Positions 47,285 to 57,028 of a stretch of 64,000 nucleotides of DNA are shown here, piece by piece. The stretch is from Bacilli bacterium (GTDB lineage Bacteria > Bacillota_I > Bacilli_A > ML615J-28 > CAG-698). The stretch covers positions 6,648-70,647 of the forward strand of contig JBFXJT010000007.1 of NCBI GenBank assembly GCA_050174575.1. Reading direction: 5' to 3'. Numbering within the stretch: the stretch's first letter is position 1; each line of letters starts with the position of its first letter. The notes under the pieces were generated by a model, which was given only the letters and a program-made list of their open reading frames with translations, was not told the DNA's origin and searched no databases. A program made the position numbers and the translations under genes.

Positions 47285-48358
47285 TTAATAAGTTTTCGGT
47301 TGTTCTTCTTTGTTTAAGACTCGTAAGGCTCCTAATGCAAGTGATAACATTTCGTTTTCACCGGGATATACGAGTACTTCTCCAAGAAACTTAATTCTTT
47401 CGATTAAGTGCGTGACTAGATATGGTTCATATGCTAGTCCTCCAGTTAATACAATAAAGTCAAAATTGCCTTTGAAAACAGTCGCACATGCTCCTATTTC
47501 TTTCGCAATTTGATAAATCATGGCATCATAAATAAGCTTTGCATACTCATCATGCTGCTCAATCCGTTTTACAACCTCTTTTGCATCATTCGTTCCTAAA
47601 TAAGCTACTAACCCTCCTTTTCCATAATTCATTCGTTTGATGTCTTCAAGAGAATATTTACCAGAAAAACATAAATTATATAAAGGGCCTAAAGGAACAG
47701 TTCCGCTTCGCTCAGGAGACATTGGACCATCCCCATCTAAGGCGTCATTCACATCAATGACTCGACCTTTTTGGTGAGCAGCAACACTAATTCCTCCACC
47801 CAAATGGACAATAATCATATTCAAGTCTTCATATGATCTTCCCTTATCTTTAGCTACTTGCCGACCAATTGCTTTATGATTTAAAGCGTGAAAAATGCAT
47901 TGGCGTTCAATTATTGGCATCCCAGATATCCGAGCAATGGGAGCCATTTCATCGACAGCAACAGGATCAACGATAAAAGCCGGGATCTTGTACTGTTCGC
48001 CAATTTCAAAAGCAATTAAAGCTCCTAAGTTGGAGGCGTGTTCACCACGTCTTGCTTCTTTTAAAAAAGTTATCATTGCTTCGTTGACCAAATATGTTCC
48101 GCTTTCAAGCGGTGCAAGCATCCCTCCACGGCCACAAACGGCCGTTAATGTTTTTAAATCAAATCCATGAACTTCTAAGTTATCAAGAATTACTTTTTTC
48201 CGAAATTGGAATTGGGAAGCAACATTTGGAAAAGACTGGATGACATCGGTCGGATGACTTATCTTTACTTCAAGAATACTTTGGTCGTTTTTAAATACAG
48301 CGATTTTTGTTGATGTTGAACCAGGATTAATTATGAGAATAAAATTCTCCAAGGACAT
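47285..48358 (-). CDS. buk: Butyrate (branched-chain acyl) kinase
   Basis: 357 aa. N-terminus ILIINPGSTSTKIAVF in the acetate/butyrate kinase family. Confidence 0.85.
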   Translation of the reverse strand: MSLENFILIINPGSTSTKIAVFKNDQSILEVKISHPTDVIQSFPNVASQFQFRKKVILDNLEVHGFDLKTLTAVCGRGGMLAPLESGTYLVNEAMITFLKEARRGEHASNLGALIAFEIGEQYKIPAFIVDPVAVDEMAPIARISGMPIIERQCIFHALNHKAIGRQVAKDKGRSYEDLNMIIVHLGGGISVAAHQKGRVIDVNDALDGDGPMSPERSGTVPLGPLYNLCFSGKYSLEDIKRMNYGKGGLVAYLGTNDAKEVVKRIEQHDEYAKLIYDAMIYQIAKEIGACATVFKGNFDFIVLTGGLAYEPYLVTHLIERIKFLGEVLVYPGENEMLSLALGALRVLNKEEQPKTY

Positions 48359-48392
48359 CCCTCCTTTTTAGATTATAATAAAAGAAACCGCT

Positions 48393-48421
48393 TCCATAGA
48401 TATTATACTTGAAGAATGCGA
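48393..48421 (-). promoter_or_regulatory. Sigma70 promoter of buk
   Basis: Minus strand TTGAGA (48416-48421), a 17-nt spacer, then TATAAT (48393-48398). RBS AAAGGAGGG. Confidence 0.6.
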
Positions 48422-48448
48422 AATTCTCAATGAATATTTGCAGATAAT

Positions 48449-48481
48449 TAAAAAAGGATTTGTTTCCTAAATCCTTTTTTT
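48449..48481. terminator. Bidirectional rho-independent terminator
   Basis: AGGAUUU-guuuccu-AAAUCCU flanked by A-run and T-run, so it is followed by a U-tract on both strands. It terminates the amidohydrolase gene. Confidence 0.75.
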
Positions 48482-48491
48482 AATTAATCTA

Positions 48492-49664
48492 TTAAGCTTG
48501 AAAAACAATCGCACCATTGACAAAAACATGGGTTGGTGTTGATAGATAATGAAGCGGGTGGCCCGACCAAACAACGATATCGGCATCTTTTCCAACCTCA
48601 ATACTGCCAACGCGATTGGAGATGCCAATAATCTTGGCAGCATCAATTGTGACAGCTTTGAAAGCATCTAACTCACTTAATCCATTTCGGACAAACAACC
48701 CAACCTGAGTCAAAGTGTTGGAACAATGGATAACGGGATGATCCGTCATAATCGCAAATTCGATTCCATGTTCTTTTAAAACTTGCGCCGATTTAAACGA
48801 TTTATTACGCAATTCATATTTAGACTTGGAACCTAAAGTTGGGCCAATAATAACTCTTTGATGATGTTTTTTTAAATAATCAACAATAAGATAACCTTCA
48901 GTGGCATGTTCAATGGTTGCGTTTAAACCAAATTCTTCAATAATGCGAATGGCAGTTACGATATCATCTTGTTGGTGAGCGTGGATTTTAACCATGAAGC
49001 CATCAAAAACGCGGGATAAACTTTCCCATTTTAGATTGATTTCCGGTTTTGGAACATCTTTTCCTTCCGAAATATCTTTTAAATATTTGTCTTTTTTAGC
49101 TTTATATTCTTTGGCTTTCATTAAAGCTTCACGCATAATGGCTGCTGAAGCCATTCTTGTAGTCGGACTTTGATTTTTGGAATTAAAAGCTCTTTTCGGA
49201 TTTTCTCCTAAAGCCATTTTAATAGCCGATTCAGGAACAACTACCATATCGTCAATTGTTTTCCCAAATGTTTTGATAATGCAAAAAACACCGCCAATAA
49301 CATCGGCACTACCCGGCCCCGTCGCAACAGTTGTGACGCCTGCTTCTAGAGCATCTTTAAAAGCAACATCTTGCGGCTTAATTGAATCGATTGCTCGAAG
49401 TTCGGGAAAAACAGGAGCTGTCGCTTCATTAAAATCTGCACCTTCAAATCCAATCGCTTCTTCATACAAACCTATATGGCAATGGGGATCAACAAGACCC
49501 GGAGTGACATAAGCACCCTTCACATCAATGACTTCCGCATTCGGATAATCCTTTTTTGCAATTTTCCCAACAGCTCTAATCGTGCCATTGTCTAATAATA
49601 AATCGCAAACTTCATAATTGATGTCTGCCATACTGATTAAATTAGCATTTTTTAATAAATACAT
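48492..49664 (-). CDS. Metal-dependent amidohydrolase-family protein
   Basis: 390 aa. VDPHCHIGL metal-ligand motif and TIM-barrel amidohydrolase layout; substrate not inferable. Confidence 0.6.
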   Translation of the reverse strand: MYLLKNANLISMADINYEVCDLLLDNGTIRAVGKIAKKDYPNAEVIDVKGAYVTPGLVDPHCHIGLYEEAIGFEGADFNEATAPVFPELRAIDSIKPQDVAFKDALEAGVTTVATGPGSADVIGGVFCIIKTFGKTIDDMVVVPESAIKMALGENPKRAFNSKNQSPTTRMASAAIMREALMKAKEYKAKKDKYLKDISEGKDVPKPEINLKWESLSRVFDGFMVKIHAHQQDDIVTAIRIIEEFGLNATIEHATEGYLIVDYLKKHHQRVIIGPTLGSKSKYELRNKSFKSAQVLKEHGIEFAIMTDHPVIHCSNTLTQVGLFVRNGLSELDAFKAVTIDAAKIIGISNRVGSIEVGKDADIVVWSGHPLHYLSTPTHVFVNGAIVFQA

Positions 49665-49756
49665 AAATCCTCCTCTAAATTAAGTTAATTAAGTATACTA
49701 AAGATTGATTATAATTGCAAACTTATAAGAAAAAATGCCTATTTAAAGGCATTTAA

Positions 49757-50452
49757 TTAAATCGGACGATTTGTTAGGTCTAAGTTAATTCGTCCATCTT
49801 TTATTTCAATAATACGGTCGGCTTTTTCAGCAATCTTTCGGTCATGAGTAATAATGATAAAAGTAGTTCGGTATTTTTGGTTGATTTGGCGAAGTAGATC
49901 ATACACCTGCTCCGTCGTATCACTGTCAAGATTCCCTGTAGGCTCATCCGCTAAAATAATTTTGGGATTGTTAATTAAGCTTCTAGCAATGGCAACACGT
50001 TGTTGTTGACCACCACTAATGTTGGTTGCTAAGCTGTTTTTAACTTTATTTAACCCAACAAAATCAAGAAGTTCATTTGCACGATCAATAATTTCATCAC
50101 TAATCGGTTTTTTGGAAATGCGGAAAGGCATTAAAACATTTTCTAGCACAGTAAATTCCGGAAGCAAATAATGAAACTGAAAAATAAAACCAATGTCTTC
50201 ATTCCGTAATGTTGATAATTCCGGATTTTTCATTGTTTTTGTATTCTTCCCATTAATAATAATATCGCCATCGGTCGGACGGTCTAAAGTCCCTAAAATA
50301 TTTAATAAGGTCGACTTACCACTACCTGACTGCCCGATGATGGAATTAAATGACCCTTCTTCAAAAGCTAAATCAATTCCAAAAAGCACTTGTGTTTTTA
50401 TCTTTGAGCCATAAAATTTAGTTATGTTTTTTAGTTCCATAATCTTAGCCAT
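49757..50452 (-). CDS. ABC transporter ATP-binding protein (MacB/LolD-type)
   Basis: Walker A GQSGSGKST, ABC signature LSGGQQQRVAIARSL, Walker B ILADEPTGNLD. Confidence 0.9.
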   Translation of the reverse strand: MAKIMELKNITKFYGSKIKTQVLFGIDLAFEEGSFNSIIGQSGSGKSTLLNILGTLDRPTDGDIIINGKNTKTMKNPELSTLRNEDIGFIFQFHYLLPEFTVLENVLMPFRISKKPISDEIIDRANELLDFVGLNKVKNSLATNISGGQQQRVAIARSLINNPKIILADEPTGNLDSDTTEQVYDLLRQINQKYRTTFIIITHDRKIAEKADRIIEIKDGRINLDLTNRPI

Positions 50453-51614
50453 TGCGAATCACCTCAATAACACTTAATTTTGACGATTTTCGAGCAGGAA
50501 TGATGGATGCTCCAAGAGCTGCTAAAACAGCGATTGCGGCGGAAACAGCGATAAACTGTCCATCAATATATAGCGGAACAACTGGCGTACCATCTGGTTT
50601 TAAAGCAAAAGTTACAAAAGAATACGATAAACCAAGTCCTAGCATAACCCCAAATATCGCTCCAAGAAGTCCTAAAATTAGCCCTTCAAACAAGAAAATG
50701 AAACTAGCATCACCATTTTGGATACCCATAGCTTTTAAAATGCCAATTTGTTTCGACTTTTGTAAAACGATGATTGCTAAAACACTGGCAATTCCTAGGA
50801 CGACGGAAATCATAACAAATACTTGAATCATCGTGCTAGAAATACTTTGTCCTTGCAATCCGCTCAATAACTCCTGATTGTTATCAATCCAATTAGTTAA
50901 TTTTAAATTGTCGGGAACACTTGGGGCAATTGCTTCTGCAATACTAACGGCATCAAAAATTCTGTCATCATCTATTTGCATTTCAATGGCATTGACTTGA
51001 TTGGGAACATTAAGCAATGTTTGCACCATGGTTAATGAAGTCATTCCCCAACCGGCATTAACTGCCGCAACTCCAAAATCAAAGAAGCCCACTACTTTAA
51101 CGTTTTGGCTGTCCACCTGAGGAATATCAACCATAATTTGCTCTTCTAAAGAGATGTTTAATAACCCTTTAAGGTCTTTCCCTAAAATAATTTCATCATC
51201 GCTTGATGGCATTCTTCCTTCAATCAGCTTTTCATTAAAACGATATATCGTATTAGGAAGAAGATAATTATTACTACTGTCAAAACCTCTTAATAATAAA
51301 GGAGCTGTATTTGTTCCGTTGATGGCAAATCCATTAATGCTAAGAGCTGGAGACACGGCTTTAATGCCATCAGCATTTTCAATATCAGCAATAATTTGAT
51401 CATATTGAGTAATATATTCCGTTACTGGTGCCGAAATGGTGATTTGGGATGAATTACCAATGGTCTTATCAACTAAACTTTTTTGTAATCCTGAAATCAA
51501 AGATCCAATAAAGACTTGAACGGAAACACCAACGGCAATACCCAGAATAATAAACAAGGTTTGTAGCTTACCGGATTTCAAAAAGCGAACTGCGATACTA
51601 AATGCTAACTTCAT
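50445..51614 (-). CDS. ABC transporter permease, FtsX/MacB-like (4 TM + large extracytoplasmic domain)
   Basis: 389 aa: N-terminal TM, ~230-aa extracytoplasmic domain, then three C-terminal TM segments. Translationally coupled to the ATPase gene. Confidence 0.8.
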   Translation of the reverse strand: MKLAFSIAVRFLKSGKLQTLFIILGIAVGVSVQVFIGSLISGLQKSLVDKTIGNSSQITISAPVTEYITQYDQIIADIENADGIKAVSPALSINGFAINGTNTAPLLLRGFDSSNNYLLPNTIYRFNEKLIEGRMPSSDDEIILGKDLKGLLNISLEEQIMVDIPQVDSQNVKVVGFFDFGVAAVNAGWGMTSLTMVQTLLNVPNQVNAIEMQIDDDRIFDAVSIAEAIAPSVPDNLKLTNWIDNNQELLSGLQGQSISSTMIQVFVMISVVLGIASVLAIIVLQKSKQIGILKAMGIQNGDASFIFLFEGLILGLLGAIFGVMLGLGLSYSFVTFALKPDGTPVVPLYIDGQFIAVSAAIAVLAALGASIIPARKSSKLSVIEVIRNG

Positions 51615-52255
51615 TTGACATCTCCTTTCGCAAGTTCAAAAACACTGCTCGGAGATGATAAATAAAAATCGTGATCAACTTGCTCTAAAGCATCCTTTTG
51701 GGAAAAAGCTTGGCCCCCAACAATGATTTTCACATTAGGAAATTGTTCCCTTATGGTCTTGGTGATTTGTTTTGTGACAACTAAATTGTAATAATTGGTA
51801 ACACTTATAGCTACATAATCAGGTTGAAAAACACTTACCGCCGAAATAACGTCATGTTTTGGGGTGTTCGCACCAATATATTGGCTTTGATAACCCGCTA
51901 ATGCAAAGTAATTGGCTGCCATAATGGCTCCGATTTCATGAAATTCTTCCGATGGTGTGAAAACAACAATTTTCTTGTTGATTGCTGGTCGCTCTTGTTT
52001 TCTTTGAATAATTTGAGAATAAGTGGCTTCTAAAATAGTGCGAATAATCGATGTTCTTGTGTGCTCTTTCCAAATACACACTTTTTGGTCCGGTTCTTGG
52101 CAATGGAAGTTCCATAGCGTTGGTCCTAGAATGTTTTCATAAAGTTGCTCAATAGTAACTTTTTGATCATTCAGTAAACTAAGAACAAACATTAATGCTT
52201 GATCTTTGTCTTCTTTGTCTAAGAATGCGAGTAGTTGTTCGTAATACTGATTCAT
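51611..52255 (-). CDS. Stand-alone cobalamin (B12)-binding domain protein (B12-binding_2 cap + Rossmann B12-binding)
   Basis: 214 aa: an N-terminal ~90-aa helical domain, then KIVVFTPSEEFHEIGA...IIVGGQA, a DxHxxG-type corrinoid-binding Rossmann fold. No HTH or catalytic domain. Confidence 0.65.
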   Translation of the reverse strand: MNQYYEQLLAFLDKEDKDQALMFVLSLLNDQKVTIEQLYENILGPTLWNFHCQEPDQKVCIWKEHTRTSIIRTILEATYSQIIQRKQERPAINKKIVVFTPSEEFHEIGAIMAANYFALAGYQSQYIGANTPKHDVISAVSVFQPDYVAISVTNYYNLVVTKQITKTIREQFPNVKIIVGGQAFSQKDALEQVDHDFYLSSPSSVFELAKGDVK

Positions 52256-52270
52256 TTTTCCTCCTCTAAA

Positions 52271-53521
52271 TTAAAATGCGAAAAAGTATGATTGTAATAA
52301 ATAGTCAATATTTTCTTCAAGTGCCAAATTAAATAAATAGTTTTTGAAGGCATTTAATGATAAAGAGCCTTCTCTAAACCTTTCTAGACGCTTTTGAAAA
52401 ACAATTTTTTCATGTTCTCGGTGTTTGAAGTATCCCCAAATATGCATAATGGCATTTTCTTCATGACCTCTTTTTGGTTCTTGATTGATTGCAAAATCAA
52501 CTAAGCGATAAAAATTAAGAGGCAGGGGGTTTTGTTTATCTTTTAATAATTGACGAATTTGCAGGTAAAGTTTAGGAGACATTTCAAGCACTTTATATTT
52601 GTATTTTTCCCAAGATTTTTCTAAATCTCTCATTTTGAGATGATCGTTTAAACAATGAGTAATTTTTATTGCGGAAATATTTTTGTCTTTCACTTCTAAC
52701 ATTACATCTAAATCGTCCCGTTTGAGTTCTTTAAACCAAGCTATAAAAGTATCTGGGTTGATAATAAATGAGTGCGACCCTGCTTTTTTAATAGGATCTT
52801 GTTCAGAATAATGGATTTTTTGATTGCCATCTTGTGATTTCCATGTATATTTGCATAAGTTAATCCATTCTTGATCAGTTAAGTATTTTTTGGGTGGATT
52901 TAAAAAGTGATGAAGATTATCAAAAACAACGGGGATATTAATTTGTTCACTTATTTCTAAAACATCTTCGATATTATAACTTTTGTCATCATTTTCAATA
53001 ATCAGTCTTTGTTTTACAGACTGTGGAAGTAATAGAAAATTTTGTACAAATCGTTTTTTTGCTTCTTCTTTATTTCCGTATATTCCTCCAATGTGCAAAA
53101 CAATTTTTGAAGAACTGGCGGTTCCCAAACTGCTCAAAATTCTTTCATGATAGATTAAATCATCAAAAGCGCGATTAACCACTTCTTGACTTGGCGAATT
53201 TATCACCGTATATTGCCCTGGATGACAGGAAACGCGGATGTTGTGATTACGGATCTTTTCGCCGATTCGATTAAAATCATCTTTAAAAAGATCCCACCAT
53301 AAGAGAGAGTTGACACTGTTCGACCCAAAAGGGATTAAATCTGAACTAATCCGAAACAAATGAAGGTCATTTTTAATGTTATAGTCAATGATATTTTCGA
53401 ATGATGTCAAATTGTATTTAATTAATGTTATTAAGTTTTCTTTATTGGCATTGTTGATTCTACAAGTATGATAATCTGTATGTAAAACACCCAATGCTAA
53501 GCAAGCATATCCAATATTCAT
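52271..53521 (-). CDS. uvsE: UV-damage endonuclease (UvsE/UVDE) with ~100-aa C-terminal extension
   Basis: MNIGYACLALG... start and UVDE TIM-barrel sequence through HIGGIYG...IENDD. The start is placed at the internal Met that begins the conserved domain. Confidence 0.75.
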   Translation of the reverse strand: MNIGYACLALGVLHTDYHTCRINNANKENLITLIKYNLTSFENIIDYNIKNDLHLFRISSDLIPFGSNSVNSLLWWDLFKDDFNRIGEKIRNHNIRVSCHPGQYTVINSPSQEVVNRAFDDLIYHERILSSLGTASSSKIVLHIGGIYGNKEEAKKRFVQNFLLLPQSVKQRLIIENDDKSYNIEDVLEISEQINIPVVFDNLHHFLNPPKKYLTDQEWINLCKYTWKSQDGNQKIHYSEQDPIKKAGSHSFIINPDTFIAWFKELKRDDLDVMLEVKDKNISAIKITHCLNDHLKMRDLEKSWEKYKYKVLEMSPKLYLQIRQLLKDKQNPLPLNFYRLVDFAINQEPKRGHEENAIMHIWGYFKHREHEKIVFQKRLERFREGSLSLNAFKNYLFNLALEENIDYLLQSYFFAF

Positions 53522-53625
53522 ATTTTTAAAAATAAAACACCCATTTTTCAATAGATGTTTATTCCTTCCATTATTCAATTATAACATTTTTATAAAAAAG
53601 CACAAGTTTAATGCAAAATGTTCTT

Positions 53626-55254
53626 TTAAATCGTCAATTGTCGGCGGAACATTGGGATCGTGATAGTTAGATTGATTCCTAAAATGACAAGGAGTGCCAA
53701 TAATCCACCAACAGTTAAAGCTAAAAATAAGGAATAGAGAATCGGTACTAATAATAGCACATTCCAGATGATGTTCTGACTTAAAATCAGGCACCTAATA
53801 ATTTTATTTTTCATAAAGGTTTCACTTAACAAAGAAATTGTTCCCCAAAAAGCTGGAATAAAAAAGAGAAATGATGCTCCACTTAAAACAAAACCAGTCA
53901 AAAGTGCTAATAATAAATTTAAGAAAACACCTGCTAGCCCAAATGACCACTTTGTTTCTTCTTTTTTTATGGTTGAATAATAAATAAAGCCAAGACCAAC
54001 AACGATAACTAAGATGATAATTAACGTCGGTAACTCTGTATTATCCATTCGAACATAGGTTAATGACCAAGGAACTTTCCCGAAAAACGCCATTATTTTG
54101 CTGATTACAAAACCAATGAAGCCTAATACAGCAAGCAAACCAACATCAATCCCTAAATATTTGATAAAGGACAAAATCGTTATTTTCTTTTTTAAGATAA
54201 GGTATATAAATAATCCAATAAAGATAACTAATAAAATGATGTGTAGAACAACAGCAAAATTCTCTTTATATGTTACTAAAACATTAGGAAGTAATGTGAA
54301 AAAGATTTGATCTTGCTCACCAACAAAGTAATTGAGATCTTGATATTTATCATTACTTGTAAATTCATCAATCAATGGGACAATTTGTGATCCATAGTGT
54401 TGAATACTACTCAAATTAATGTTTGTATAGTTATCAAGTGGTGTGTGGTAATAGTATAAATTATCTAAGACAGCAAAATTGATACCTGTTTTGCCAATTT
54501 TCAAAAATTCCGTAAAATCCGTATAATTGGGCATGACGGAATAAACGGCAGTTGCTAAACTATATGATACGGGCAAATCGGCATGCTTATAAAAATCGAT
54601 AACTTTTTCGTTATTAGGACTAGTCTCAAACATATAGCTTGGGCCTTTGATTCCCCTTGCTTCCACATTAATCACAAAACTTATTTTATCCATGAGATTT
54701 GCATCTAATACAGCTTGTTTTGCGCCAAGTAAACCAACTTCTTCCGCATCAGTAAGCAAAAAATATAAACTTGTTTTTAAATTTTTGCCAGCATAAAGTC
54801 TTGCTATTTCTAACATTGTTCCAATGGCATAGCCATCATCTGCTGCTCCATATGAACGACCTAATTCTCCATAACGGCCAATATGGCCACGTGAATCATA
54901 ATGACCAACCAATAATAACCCTGTTTCACTTTCTCCAGGAATGGATCCAATAAGATTTTTAACAGGGTAATCTTCATTAACCGCTTCAGCAGTATAATTC
55001 ATTTCATAGACATTTGCTAATCCTAAGAGAGCTTCTAGTTCTTGTTTAAGGTATTTTCTGACTTCTTCATGTGCTTCTTCGTCAAAGACGGAATGGGGTT
55101 CCCGAGAAATCACTTCAATTGTTTGTGCAACATTGACGGCACTGAATTCTTGAACATCTCCACCGGCAATTGGTTGGGGAGTATACAAAACAAAGAAACT
55201 CAAGATTAAGCTAAATAGTAAAACTAATAAAACAACAATAAAACGATGACGCAT
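53626..55254 (-). CDS. M28-family metallopeptidase with C-terminal polytopic membrane domain
   Basis: Signal/TM N-terminus. M28 zinc-ligand regions GHYDSRGHIG and TDAEEVGLLGAK. The C-terminal ~230 aa are multi-TM. Confidence 0.75.
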   Translation of the reverse strand: MRHRFIVVLLVLLFSLILSFFVLYTPQPIAGGDVQEFSAVNVAQTIEVISREPHSVFDEEAHEEVRKYLKQELEALLGLANVYEMNYTAEAVNEDYPVKNLIGSIPGESETGLLLVGHYDSRGHIGRYGELGRSYGAADDGYAIGTMLEIARLYAGKNLKTSLYFLLTDAEEVGLLGAKQAVLDANLMDKISFVINVEARGIKGPSYMFETSPNNEKVIDFYKHADLPVSYSLATAVYSVMPNYTDFTEFLKIGKTGINFAVLDNLYYYHTPLDNYTNINLSSIQHYGSQIVPLIDEFTSNDKYQDLNYFVGEQDQIFFTLLPNVLVTYKENFAVVLHIILLVIFIGLFIYLILKKKITILSFIKYLGIDVGLLAVLGFIGFVISKIMAFFGKVPWSLTYVRMDNTELPTLIIILVIVVGLGFIYYSTIKKEETKWSFGLAGVFLNLLLALLTGFVLSGASFLFFIPAFWGTISLLSETFMKNKIIRCLILSQNIIWNVLLLVPILYSLFLALTVGGLLALLVILGINLTITIPMFRRQLTI

Positions 55255-55355
55255 TTAATAACTCCTTAATTTACTTTGATAATCAAAGTATTCTGCTCAT
55301 AATAATAACATAATTAAAAATCAAAAGCAACAAAAAAGTAGGGAAGCTAGTTTCC

Positions 55356-55730
55356 CTACTTATTGTAATGGTTATTTTCTTCATCAACCCGGTACTTAAC
55401 AATGGATTTGATTAATTCATGAGGAAGAGGTTCATTTAAAGGAAATTGAATGGAACCTTTCCCAAAATGGTATCTTTTTAACTCTTCTTTAAAATGCTCA
55501 ATCCCACTACTTCCAGGATAAAACCCAATATGATGAGGAAAAGCTGCAAAATGAACGAGGTTGTGATGCAAAAATAGTGTTGGCATCTGATAGCTGATTT
55601 TTTCATAAGCTTCTTGAGCATTTTCATGGATGATTCTTCTTAATTCTTGTAACTTTGTTTGAACTTCTTGAGGAAATTTTTCAATGTATTGATCGACTAA
55701 AAAACTATATTTTGGATGATTGGAAATCAT
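55356..55730 (-). CDS. DUF1801 (YdhG-like) domain protein
   Basis: 124 aa with the DUF1801 layout. A terminator hairpin (AAGUAGGGAAacuagcUUCCCUACUU + U-tract) overlaps its stop at 55335-55360. Confidence 0.6.
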   Translation of the reverse strand: MISNHPKYSFLVDQYIEKFPQEVQTKLQELRRIIHENAQEAYEKISYQMPTLFLHHNLVHFAAFPHHIGFYPGSSGIEHFKEELKRYHFGKGSIQFPLNEPLPHELIKSIVKYRVDEENNHYNK

Positions 55731-56200
55731 AATAATTTTATTATATGGCTTTCCATTTTTTCAGGAGTATCTGTCGGTGCAAATCTTTTCACAACTTCAC
55801 CTTGGCGGTTAATAAGGAATTTTGTGAAATTCCATTTGATGCTTTCGCCAAAAAAGCCTTTTTTCTCTTTCTTTAAGAAACTATATAGCGGTGCTTCATT
55901 GGGACCGTTGACCTCAATTTTCGCAAACAATGGAAAAGTTGTGTGATATTTCAAAGTACAAAACTCATGGATTTCTTCGATTGTCCCTGGTGCTTGATTT
56001 CCAAATTGGTTACAAGGAAAATCTAAAATTTCCAACCCTTGAATTTGATATTTCTGATATAATTTTTCCAATCCTTCATATTGTGGAGTAAATCCACATC
56101 CAGTTGCTGTATTAACGATTAATAATACGTGATTTTGATACTTCGATAAACTAATTTCATTTCCCGAAGAATCTTTAACTTTTAAATCATATATTGTCAT
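55727..56200 (-). CDS. Glutathione peroxidase
   Basis: 157 aa with LIVNTATGCGFTPQYEGLEKLY, the GPx active-site region. Confidence 0.9.
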   Translation of the reverse strand: MTIYDLKVKDSSGNEISLSKYQNHVLLIVNTATGCGFTPQYEGLEKLYQKYQIQGLEILDFPCNQFGNQAPGTIEEIHEFCTLKYHTTFPLFAKIEVNGPNEAPLYSFLKKEKKGFFGESIKWNFTKFLINRQGEVVKRFAPTDTPEKMESHIIKLL

Positions 56201-56322
56201 AATGTTCTCCTATCTTTTTTATTATATCTTATTTTAAAAATTTAAATAACAATTTGATAAATTATTTTTTTGCCATTGCTTTCTTTGTTTTAATTAGTAT
56301 AATTAACTTTGAGGAAATTGCT

Positions 56323-57015
56323 ATGATAATAAATTTTATGACTTTTAATATCCAACATTGTAAAAACTACATGACGAAAGAAATCGATATTGACATCATG
56401 GTGAAAACCATTAAAGACTGCCATGGTGACATAATTGGACTAAACGAAGTTTTTGGAGCATCAGAAACAGAACCATCACAAGCCGAAATGATTGCAAAAG
56501 CCCTTGGTTATCATTATTATTTTGGGCAAGCTATCTTATACCATGGCAGGCCGTATGGCAACGCCATTATTTCAAAATATCCCATCACCAAAGTCGAAAC
56601 AATCATGATTCCCGATCCAATTAAAAATGATATTGAATTTTTTGAATCACGTTGTTTTATAAAAGCTCTTTTCCATAGTTTAAATTTTACTCTATTTACA
56701 AGTCATTTCGGACTTGCAAAGGGTGAAAAAATTAATGCCGTGAATACATTATTATTACTAATGAAAAATGAAACTAATCCTCTTGTTTTTATGGGAGATT
56801 TAAATATGGAACCAAATGATGCCATATTACAACCTCTATTTTCACATTTAGTAAATACTTTACCGAGCAATGAACCAACTTTTCCTTCTATAAATCCAAA
56901 TAAAAAGATTGATTATATTTTTGTTTCCAAAGAAATAGATGTATTAAAGGCCACGATCCCCAACATTGTTGCTTCCGATCATTTTCCTCTTTTAGCAATG
57001 TTAAAGATAAAATAA
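56323..57015 (+). CDS. Endonuclease/exonuclease/phosphatase (EEP) family protein
   Basis: EEP motifs FMTFNIQHC...GDLN...SDHFPL. Start placed at the ATG with RBS GAGGAA 6 nt upstream. Confidence 0.75.
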   Translation: MIINFMTFNIQHCKNYMTKEIDIDIMVKTIKDCHGDIIGLNEVFGASETEPSQAEMIAKALGYHYYFGQAILYHGRPYGNAIISKYPITKVETIMIPDPIKNDIEFFESRCFIKALFHSLNFTLFTSHFGLAKGEKINAVNTLLLLMKNETNPLVFMGDLNMEPNDAILQPLFSHLVNTLPSNEPTFPSINPNKKIDYIFVSKEIDVLKATIPNIVASDHFPLLAMLKIK

Positions 57016-57028
57016 TCCCTATAAGGGA

